64,000 bases of DNA from Schmidtea nova (Eukaryota), in the NCBI GenBank assembly GCA_044892505.1, contig CM097884.1, forward strand, positions 140,306,001 to 140,370,000. Reading direction: 5' to 3'. Shown here piece after piece: positions 1-10,734 of this stretch. Position 1 is the first letter of the stretch. Every line of letters starts with the position of its first letter. The notes under the pieces are model-generated. The model ran no database searches and was not told the DNA's origin. It was given only the letters and a program-made list of their open reading frames with translations. Position numbers and translations under genes: made by a program.

Positions 1-1393
1 AAACGACAGTAGTTATGGATGAAGATGAAAAAGATATCTATTATGTAGAAAAACATTATGAGGACAACCTTAACGCACAGGGAGTAATGTTAGAACATGG
101 GCGAATAATAAATATTTTAAATTAAAACATTATATAGTAAGAGGCAATAGATACCGAATAAATATTAACATACAGGAATGATTCGAGAGCATTATTCGAT
201 TTATTTGACCATAATATTCATTGTGGCATTGCCAATTTATTTTGAAAATTTATTCTTATGTTATCATTTTAATTTGTGGGGTAATTATTTTTCTGTGATA
301 ATAGTTTATTTTGTTTTGTGTGATTCTAATTATTTTGTGATTTATATAATATTATGTGATCTTGACAATCATCTTTATAATTAATATTATGTAATTTTGA
401 TTATTTTGTATAAATATTTTATTTTATTTTATGTGTTCCACGATATAAACATAGCAATGATTTAATTGATGAAAAAGCACTAAGTTATATTGGGTCAGGA
501 CGCAAGGCGTCACAATAATGTACTTATTTTCAATTAACAATATTCGAATAACACTTCAAGCGCAGAATAACAAACACCTGAAGTGTTAGAAAAACCATTG
601 TTCGTCAACAAGTTAAAAATAATAATAATAAAACATAATATATAATAAAAATATAAATTATTTTATTATTATATAATAGGAGGACAAAATTATATCAATT
701 GATTCTCTAAGGTTAGCACAAATATCGGAATCAACGAAATGATAAATAAATTCACAAATATATTTCTGACTCGGATCATATCAATACCCGAAAAATCCAC
801 AAATTAAATCAGACGAATAAAATAATAATAGATGACAAATTACAAAAAGAATTAGAATTAAATTAAAACTACATTCAAAAATATAGAAATTATTTAGTTG
901 ACGATAATAATGATAAAATCAAATTCCTTATTATAAATACAGAATAATATTATTCTAAAAATATCATAAAAATCATTTTGAAATAATTAACAAGCAGAGT
1001 TATAAANNNNNNNNNNNNNNNNNNNNNNNNNNNNNNNNNNNNNNNNNNNNNNNNNNNNNNNNNNNNNNNNNNNNNNNNNNNNNNNNNNNNNNNNNNNNNN
1101 NNNNNNNNNNNNNNNNNNNNNNNNNNNNNNNNNNNNNNNNNNNNNNNNNNNNNNNNNNNNNNNNNNNNNNNNNNNNNNNNNNNNNNNNNNNNNCAAAAAA
1201 ATCAAGAAATACAATTAATATAATTTAACATAGAAAATATATGTTAAATGATACACAGGCATCAGCCCTTGATATATAGGCAAAAACCCTTACATTTTTG
1301 AGCTCAGGGATGCTGGAAATAAAGATAACTCAAAAAATAGTAACTAGTGTCTGTACTTTTAAAAATAGAAAATTGTTAATCAAAAACAAATAT

Positions 1394-1733
1394 TGTTGAC
1401 AACTGATAAGTGTTGTCACTCAAAATGAAGAGCAACAAAAAAATTACGATATATGATAATGTTTTCCTCAGTTATAGCACCCATAAAATTTCCCCTTAAG
1501 AAGAATTTCAATTGTCATCGACTATTGAAAATTAAATTCGAGCATACAACATATCGACCTCAGAAACGCAATCGAGCACACACACTCACATGCATTTATA
1601 TATAATAAAGAAATATATTGCAAAGTTGTAGTATTTATCCAGGTAATTGTAATATTGAAAAAAAAATCTTTGAACTAGTGTTATATTATTTATTTATATA
1701 AGATACCAAGTTGCGATTCTCGGAACCTCAACA
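1394..1733 (+). mobile_element. Putative solo or 3' LTR (TGTTG...CAACA)
   Basis: Starts TGTTG and ends CTCAACA. The last ~50 bp are shared with ends at 8166, 23473 and (minus strand) 34043. No TSD and no PBS found. Confidence 0.4.
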
Positions 1734-2313
1734 TAATCAATGGCACAATCGATGACGTGTTACTGATATTTTTTAATTTTTATTTTATTTTTTTAAATAC
1801 TTTTAAAAACTTTGAAATTTACTAATTTTTTAAAAGTTTTTTCAACAATTTTACAAAAATATGGAGATTTTACAAATCACTGCCAACAAATTCCCACAAT
1901 TTCTAAAAAATAAAAGAATATAGACTCATATACAAGAAAAAAAAGAAAATCATTCATACAAAATTTACTTAGAAAAACTACCACAATTGCGAAATGACAA
2001 TAATATTCTATTAGAAAAACTCTCTCAATTTCCTAATGTAAAATACAACGATAAACGAGTATCTGCCGACAAATTCCCACTTAAAAGGGTCAAAAAGGTA
2101 TCACAACAATAAAAAACTACGGAAAAAACACAAAATTTTAAAATAAATTTGTTTTTAAATAAAATTTTCGACATTTATTTTGAATTATAAATATCAGAAT
2201 AATATGCCTTTAACATTTTGACAACCAAAATATTGAAATATATTGAAATATATTAATATATTAAAATCATGACCGCAAGCGCATCCATTGGTGCATAAAA
2301 CACGCATTGTATT

Positions 2314-2696
2314 GTAGTCAATTGAATTGTTGGTTAATTAAATTGTCATAATATTTATTTAATAAATTATTAAAATTAATAACAACGAAAAAATATAATA
2401 AAAAACACGTCAANNNNNNNNNNNNNNNNNNNNNNNNNNNNNNNNNNNNNNNNNNNNNNNNNNNNNNNNNNNNNNNNNNNNNNNNNNNNNNNNNNNNNNN
2501 NNNNNNNNNNNNNNNNNNNNNNNNNNNNNNNNNNNNNNNNNNNNNNNNNNNNNNNNNNNNNNNNNNNNNNNNNNNNNNNNNNNNNNNNNNNNNNNNNNNN
2601 NNNNNNNNNNNNNNNNNNNNNNNNNNNNNNNNNNNCCTTGAAAAATAAAAAAATAAATAATCGACAATTTAATTAACCAACAATTCAATTGACTAC
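2314..2696. repeat. 34-bp inverted repeat flanking an N run
   Basis: gtagtcaattgaattgttggttaattaaattgtc (2314-2347) has its exact reverse complement at 2663-2696. Confidence 0.85.
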
Positions 2697-4024
2697 GACA
2701 CATAAAACACGCCTTATATCCTTGCATTTGACGTCAGCTTTAAGCAACATATCGTAGTGCATTTCGAGCAACTCCTCAATATTGATACCAGTGACATGTT
2801 ATATTTTATGTACCAACAATTTCGGGACACAATAATCCAGACTACTTTTTATAGTAGGATACAACTCTCGAGTAAATAAATAAAAAAATAAATTTTAATA
2901 AAAATAAAAAATAGTCAAACTTTCGTAATTATCTTTTGGTTTCACCATTGATCACTTTATTTATATAAATAATTTTCATAATTATATGAATATAAATTAA
3001 TTATGTTTTTGAGTGTTTTTTTCGATAAAGACTGTCGGAATGCAAAAAACCAAAAAAAGATTTTAAATTAGTCTTACTTTTACACATTTTCATATTTTCA
3101 CAATCAAAAAATAATATGTAATACAAACAAAATTTATTAATTAATTAACATATTTATTTCATTAATATTTCATTAATATTTCATTAATATTTCATTAATA
3201 TATCATTATTATTTTTCACATATTCAAAGTTGTAATTCCAAGCATGAAAATATATAGAATGGAGCAAATTTCTGATGGCCTAATGCTGGGAATATTTCGG
3301 TTTTGAACAAGCAACGACATCTCTTGTAGTTTATATAAATTTAAAATTTTCAAACATCAACTGCCATGGTAATTGAATCTCTAAATTTTGAATTTTGAAT
3401 TTCAAATCCCTAGATTTTAACGGTTGCTTGCTTCTAATTACCCTACACTTGCGAGATCTGAAAATATGATGGGGTACTTGTCGCTTCTATCTATAATCTG
3501 TTTCGGTTTTCCGTTTGGAAATATCATGATGCATACTAAATATGTACCGTTATAAATGATGTTGCTCAACATTTTAATTAATTAAACGAACATAATAAAT
3601 AATTATTATTAATTAAGAAATGGAATTAAGAAATGATGCCGTTTATCAAATAGTATGAACTAGCGAAAGTGGGAAAACTTTGATCGTATGCAATTTATTA
3701 CAATCCAACATGTTTAAATCAAAATTCTAATTTTTTTAACTTGGCTTTGAAAACTTTTATTTTCCCGATATTTTAATTAATAAATTAAATGAAGTAATAA
3801 ATAATTCATCATTTCAAATTCTACCAGACCTATGAGTGGTACCTTTTTAGATAAGAATATTGTTCTTTTAAAAAAATTACATAAATTATGATAAAGTGAG
3901 TAATTTGGTTATAAATAAACTCAATTAAATTAATTTCGTCTTGACTAAATATGCTCAAATTAATCATTTAAGCGGTAGTGGACATAGAAATATCCCAAAT
4001 TCCTTAAGTTCATAACATTGTACA

Positions 4025-4134
4025 TAGGGTGTCCAACTAGGGCTTCCAATACCGGTATCCCGGGAACCAAAATCACGGGATCCCAAAATCCCGGGATATT
4101 GAGGTTTTTTGCAATCCCGGTAATCCCGGGATTT
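4025..4134 (+). mobile_element. hAT-like terminus with subterminal repeats
   Basis: TAGGG-initiated end followed by clustered ATCCCGG/CCCGGGA/ACCGGT motifs typical of hAT subtermini. No partner end seen. Confidence 0.45.
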
Positions 4135-4634
4135 AAACACTTTACTAAGTTTTATTCAAATAGTATGAGAATTCTAATCTTTCAAAATATTTTATATATA
4201 AAATTTTTAACGTTAAATCAGAATTATTGTCGACAAGTAAGCCATGACTATTTTTGTTGCTAAACTGTAGAAATTTTAAATTTCAATAATTATTTTGAAA
4301 ATATTATTAATTTTATTATGTTTTCGAATTTATGAACAAAAAGTTAAAGTTAGTCGAATTTACAAAGTGAAAATTGTATTTAAAATAAAATAGTTTTTTA
4401 AGTATTCTTTGTGCAATTATAAAGTAATTCGTAAATATTATATTGAAAAGATAATGCGATATGATTAATATTTTTTGAAATAATATTTTATATTTACAGT
4501 GGCTTTTTCAGTGTTTTAAATTAAAATATTGTTTACTATTTCTAAATTGCATTGCAATACGCTGTAAGTAAGTATATTGGAAAAAACTATGTTAGTTAGA
4601 TGCGGTATTTTTAATTAATATTATTTTATATTAA

Positions 4635-6190
4635 CACTAGATTTACCGCACCAGTCAAAATGACTGGTTGGTAATGATTAGGGTAAAAATTCTATATTAA
4701 AAAATATATATCAAAAAAACTAATGTCATGACTTTTATAGATATATGTATGTAGTTAATATTATGAATATTTTTATTTTTTAATTTTAATACTAATAAAA
4801 ATAATTGTGTTATACCTATTTATACCGACACCAGTCATTTTGACTGGCGCCATTATCAAAGCGGCCGACGACAATAAAAGCGTAACCGGCGACAATAAAC
4901 ATAAACATCTTTGATGCATCTGATATCAATATATATCAATATATATCAATATATATCAATATATATATATATATCAATATATCAATATATCAATATATCA
5001 ATATATCAATATATCAATATATCAATATANNNNNNNNNNNNNNNNNNNNNNNNNNNNNNNNNNNNNNNNNNNNNNNNNNNNNNNNNNNNNNNNNNNNNNN
5101 NNNNNNNNNNNNNNNNNNNNNNNNNNNNNNNNNNNNNNNNNNNNNNNNNNNNNNNNNNNNNNNNNNNNNNNNNNNNNNNNNNNNNNNNNNNNNNNNNNNN
5201 NNNNNGTTTACATTCGTAAAACTCGTACATGCAATAACAGTTTGATATTTTTTGCTATATTTTGCATTGAATTTCTGTCCTTCAAATTTGAGGTAGGAGA
5301 AATAAAAATTACCTTTTTTATCGATTATTAGCTGTTTAGTTTATTATTTTCACAATTAATTCTATTTTTAGCATCGATCCCACAAAATGGATAAGCCGAA
5401 GAAGAGTGCCACATTATTGAGAAAAATAAATAACATTCCTATGGAATATTCTGATGTTGAAGACGATGACCTGTATGATAGTGAAGGTGAACTACTGAAT
5501 TGTGAAAGTGGACCATATGGTGAAAATAATATAGCTTTTGAGACCATAGATAGTAGTGCTTTTATCGATGAAGAGTTTATCGACGAGTCTACTGATACAG
5601 AAAGAGATAGTGATTATGAAAATATTTTGAATATTCGTAAAAGAAAAAGAAACATACAACTCTCAAGCTCTGAGGACGAAAATGATGAAGATAAACTAGA
5701 CGATCATAAGGAAATTGCAACAGATGGTACAATTTGGGAAAAATTACAAGCTGGAAATAGTAGTGGAAGAAAACCAATTCAATCTATTTTCAAAGATGTA
5801 TCCGGTCCTACAGGATATGCAAAAAGAAATATTATGAAAGGTGTAGTTAGCACCGCATTTTCACTGATAATAGATGACTCAACTGTAGAATATATAAGAA
5901 CTTGTACAGAAGAAGAAGCCTCTCGAGTCTTAGGAGATACATGGCTACTTACAAAATCAAAATTGCTAGCTTTCATTAGGATTCTATATGTTCGTGGGGC
6001 ATATGAAGCCAGAAACTTGAAGGCTTGTTATTTATGGAATAAGCAATGGGGACCAAGTTTTTTTAGTGCAGTGATGAGTAGAAAAGATTTTACTGAAATT
6101 TTGCGATTTATTCGTTTTGATAAGAAAAGTATAAGTCAAAGATTAAAAACCGATAAATTCGCGTTGATATCAACGGTATGGAACAAATTA
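4635..6190 (+). mobile_element. 5' portion of a piggyBac element
   Basis: TTAA (4631-4634) followed by TIR CACTAGATTTACCG, repeated CCAGTCAAAATGACTGG subterminal palindromes, then a transposase ORF. No right TIR seen. Confidence 0.8.
4915..5029. repeat. (ATATCAAT)n-like microsatellite running into an N run
   Basis: Direct reading of the sequence. Confidence 0.9.
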
Positions 6191-6292
6191 TTAAAATGGC
6201 TGTCTACAAAGAATATTTCACAGGAAGTAATTCAGCAGTATGGAAACATTTCCTACGCGATGAGAAAGGTGAGACTGCAATGTGTAAGGTGA
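5387..6292 (+). pseudogene. Truncated piggyBac (PGBD-like) transposase
   Basis: Acidic N-terminus plus FIRILYVRG...LW...MSRKDFTEILRFIRFD...DKFALISTVWNK. The ORF breaks off before the DDD catalytic core. Confidence 0.85.
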
Positions 6293-6351
6293 GCGATTGC
6301 AAAAAGGTTTTAAAAATTATTTTCTATACACAAAATTCAACTAAAGAATAA
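6196..6351 (+). pseudogene. BED zinc-finger fragment (hAT-type N-terminus) in an alternative frame
   Basis: Manual translation gives MAVYKEYFTGSNSAVWKHFLRDEKGETAMCKVSDCKKVLK, i.e. the BED SxVWxHF...CxxC signature. The His pair is missing. Confidence 0.65.
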
Positions 6352-7311
6352 GAACAACTCAGATGTTGGAAATTTCAACAGCTGTTAACAGAAACAGAAA
6401 AACAGCTGTTTTTTGTGAAAAACTGAAACAGAAAACAGCTGATTTTTACAACCTGTTTTCTGTTTTAGATTTTGGGTTTTTATATTATATTATTAGTACA
6501 TAAATTCATCAATTAATAATGTTTGTTAGTAATGTATTTTCATGTTATCAAACAATTCAATATAGAACTTTTATAAAAATAAAACTGGATGCTTTTAACA
6601 TTATCATAATACTTTTATATTTTGAATATAATAAGGTTGGGTTTTCAATATTGTTAAGGTTGTTTATTTATTATTATTGTTGTCATTGTTGTTATCAGGG
6701 TAGTCCTATCGGATGTAGAATGATCCCCCATTAATTTTGTGATATACAAAAGTATTTTTCTATGGAAGAATTTCAAATTTAAATAATAATGAAAATTTAA
6801 ATAAATAAAAATCAATTACTATGTTAATTAAATTACTATAGGAATTTGAAATATAATTGGAAAAAATCAATAATCGAGTAAGATTAAATATACTAATGAA
6901 ATAAAAGAATATGAAAAATAGTAATCGATAGAAAATTAACAACAAAAGAATTATCATATCAAATTAGAAAAAAATGGAGAACCAAAAAAATTGGAAGAAA
7001 ACGTAATTTCAGAACAACTAAAGAAAATAATTGAAAAATAAAATAGTATCTACAAAAATAACTGGAAAAAATTGGAAAAAATTACTTTTAAAGGAAGATT
7101 AGAATTTGATGAAAATATAATATAACTTTTTAAAGGATTATGGGGTTATTATTTACGTGAGTACACGTTTTACGCTTTATTGTTATTTATTAAATAAAAC
7201 TTGTTAAGTTAAGTGTTTTAAAAAATGTTGTTTTATTTGTTAATACTATCAAGACACATACACAACACGGACTCTAGCAATCCCGATGGAGTTTTTACTA
7301 GCGACTCGGCT

Positions 7312-7758
7312 GAGCTCAACAGTCTTCCTTTAAACGCATTATAATGACAAAACACATTCGACAATAAACATAATACAATATAATTGTATAATTTCTCAAT
7401 AAATATTATTTTAAATTCCAATATTAAATAAAATATTTAAAATAAATAAATATTTAAAAGTGTTTAATTTTATTAGATATGCAATCTGTTTGAGAATTTT
7501 CTACGAAAAAAGAAAGGATGCTGTTACAAAAAAATAGAAGAAAAAATAGAAAAAATAGAGCTCAACAGTCCTTTAAACGCATTATAATGACAAAACACAT
7601 TCGACAATAAACATAATACAATATAATTGTATAATTTCTCAATAAATATTATTTTAAATTCCAATATTAAATAAAATATTTAAAATAAATAAATATTTAA
7701 AAGCGTTTAATTTTATTAGATATGCAATCTGTTTGAGAATTTTCTACGAAAAAAGAAA
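7312..7758. repeat. About 200-bp direct duplication
   Basis: 7312-7515 and 7558-7758 are near-identical. Confidence 0.9.
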
Positions 7759-8177
7759 TAGAAGGAATTCAGAAAATCAATTAAGTGCTCAGAATGATCT
7801 ATAACGAGGCTCATTTTAAATCAAAACATGGTATTGATTTCACTCAAATCATGAATTCAGTACAAGAGCAAGTTGTAGTGGAAAAGAAAAAACAAAACAA
7901 TTTTAGATTTAATGCATCGTAAGAGTATAAATGAAATAGGTTTGGATATGGCAACAAATGGACTATCATTAGAGCAGCATTCAAACATCACATATTACAT
8001 TCACAACACATTTACACACAAACAAATTTTGATAGAAACGAAGTTGTTTGATTTTGATTTATCTTGGTAATTATCATTTTGTTATTTAATAAATATTTAG
8101 TACGAACCAGAGTTGACTATTTTATTTATATAACACCATCAAGTTGAGATTCTGAGAACCTCAACATCTATCTTGAA

Positions 8178-8696
8178 CAGGGCCGGCCCGAACAAAAGCG
8201 GGGTCCGGTGCAAAATTTCCTAGTCGGGCCAAAGAAAGAAATTTCATACAAGACTTAGTAATTTATTGCAATTAGTCATTTATTACGTTCAGAATAGTAA
8301 GGAAAACATTTATATTAATAAAAATTAAATTAACATTTCAAACAAAAAAATTTTACAATTATGACACATTTTTATTTATAATTGTTTACCCAGAAATACT
8401 TCAAGTATGAAATAAATAGCAAAGATAGATGAGAAATAGCAGAATAACATAACATATTTTTTAATTGCGTTAACCTCTTTCTCATTAAAAATTGTTATAA
8501 GTAGATTCAAAAATCACATGATATAAAACTAGAAAAACTTTTATTAACATGACTAATTATGTTTTAAATTATTATTAAGTTATTTATGGTAATTTTTTTC
8601 AAAAACAAAAGATGAAAATAATTTATTAATAAGATTTTATTTAAAAATGTGAAATATGCGGAGCCTTACCAGATCGCACCGTTTGGGTCGGCCCTA
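8178..8696. mobile_element. hAT-type MITE
   Basis: Ends CAGGGCCGGCCCGAAC and (reverse complement) TAGGGCCGACCCAAAC. Degenerate 8-bp TSD atcttgaa/atccagaa. Confidence 0.7.
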
Positions 8697-9309
8697 ATCC
8701 AGAATTTAGTGCATTGAAATCTTGAACAAAAATTCTAACATCATTTAGAAAATTTAATAGAATAAAAATTCTATTTACCCATTTAAAATATTTAAAATTG
8801 GTTTTGTTTATCACAAATATCTGAGATTATAAAAAATTTATTTAAAATAAATCTGTATTTGATCAATTTTGTCTATTTTTTAATTTGATACCAATTTTGA
8901 GTTTTTTATATATTTACACTTCTTTATTTTACAAAATTTGTATTAATCCTTTGAAATCTGCATATAAAATTCATAGAACATTTTTATCTTTATATATGAG
9001 AGTATTATTTGTATTTCTTTTCAAGTATATTTATTAAAAAATGTATAACTATCAGACTTCTAAATTTTAAATTATATTTCAAATTATATTTCAAATTGTT
9101 ATTTCAATTTTCTTATCATTTTTCTTGTCATTTAATTTGTAATAAGTTTTATTCGTCATAAATTTTATTTCTTTATTATCTTAATTTATTTACTAGAGTA
9201 ACTGAATTTTATTACAAAATTCAAATAGAAAATAAAATTCTGATATTAAAATGGTTGGGGCACTTGAATCAACTTTCTTGAATAATTTATTTATATAAGA
9301 GGCCCAGGT

Positions 9310-9580
9310 TCAAATCCAAAGTTGGACGACTTTAAACATTTTAAGTGTTATCTCTAGATTTGTATCTCGTAATCACTTAAATACAATCTCTACATCATTT
9401 AAAGCTCCTGAAAACTATTCGAAAAGATAATTATGTCATCAATAATAATTATGTCATCAATATCATATTATATAAAATTCATACCTCTCTGAAATTTAGC
9501 TAGTGCAAAGTCTGCCAAAATGGTAACAGTGAAATTCGTACAATCATTTACCATAAGAAAATGCAGTTTATTAAAATAAT
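9310..9580 (-). pseudogene. Degraded Ty3/Gypsy reverse transcriptase
   Basis: Minus-strand translation across frameshifts gives TAF...YEF..LPF...AKFQRGMN...IDDIIIFSNSFQE..NDVEIVFK*LRDTNL (YxDD region, with an 18-bp internal duplication). Confidence 0.8.
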
Positions 9581-9934
9581 TTAGAAATAGTTAAATATAA
9601 ATTTGTATAACTTTAACGAAATTTGTTTAAATAATACTAGGGTTTTTGTGAAGATTTGTGTGAAAAAAGAAAAATTGTATTTTCGGATTTAATCAAAGGT
9701 GTAGAAGTTTTGGATAATTAGAATTGATGAAACATTGATTCCTTGTGTAGTGCCTTAGATTAAGTATTCAATTTTATAAATTTCTTTTATTTTTTAAATT
9801 AATTAATTTAATTTAGTAATTATTAAATGGAGTAAAAATTAATAGACTTGTTTTAATATTTACATATTTTCATATTCACGCTTATCACAAACAAGAAATG
9901 CAAACAGCTAACAATGATACGATATTCATACAAT

Positions 9935-9948
9935 TGGTGTCAGAAGTG
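9935..9948 (+). promoter_or_regulatory. Primer-binding site complementary to the tRNA-Leu 3' end
   Basis: TGGTGTCAGAAGTG, 2 nt after the LTR-terminal CA. Confidence 0.85.
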
Positions 9949-10126
9949 ACAAACGTAAGCTTTTTGAATTTATTATGTAAATATTTAAATTCGTCTAATT
10001 GCTCCATTTATATTAATAATAATTTTAATAATATATTCAATAAAAATTTTAATAATTATTTTAATAATTTATTCATACTCCGATAACCAAAACTACAACA
10101 GTTTCCTCTACCTGTTCACAACATCC

Positions 10127-10627
10127 ATGCCCAACAAACTCATAGATCTACAGAACGAATCGTCACTAGAAGAAATCAACCTCACTCGCAATCATTTTTT
10201 GAGTCTTGATACAAATCCATCTTTCACATATTCTAGATCATACAAACCGTATATACCACAATCACTTTCCTTTGCCACCCACGCAAGGATGAAGACAATT
10301 GACTCATCAACGCTCAAACCTAGATACAAAGGCCCATTCCGCATCATAGAACTATACAAAAACACAGCGAAACTAGAAATTGATAACAATCACGTTATGG
10401 TCAACCTATCAAGAATAAAACCATCCTTTTGCACACTTGAGTATGATGAACGACCAAATTACCAAATCATGAAAGAAGATCATATAGATGAAGACATTAT
10501 AGAAGACACGGAACAACTGAAGACCCTTACAGAAACGCCCAATAGACTCCCTCAAGACAACCCGCCATTCTCTTCTAGACGAACACGTAAACTCCCTCAA
10601 TATCTCTCCGATTATAACATTCAGTGA
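10127..10627 (+). pseudogene. Gypsy integrase C-terminal (GPY/F) remnant
   Basis: LKPRYKGPFRII...VNLSRIKP motif and basic RRTRKLPQYLSDY tail just before the PPT. Confidence 0.8.
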
Positions 10628-10734
10628 CTCACCCAACACCCAAATCCACTTTGTAGCTTAGAGACGCTGTGCGTACTTCGGCGGGGCTATTGTAGTGCCT
10701 TAGGTTAAGTATTCAATATAAGTAATTAATAAAC

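Noticed and set aside
1-120. Chromodomain-like DIYYVEK at the end of a Gypsy pol
   Set aside because: The match is too short and the aromatic-cage residues that should follow are missing.
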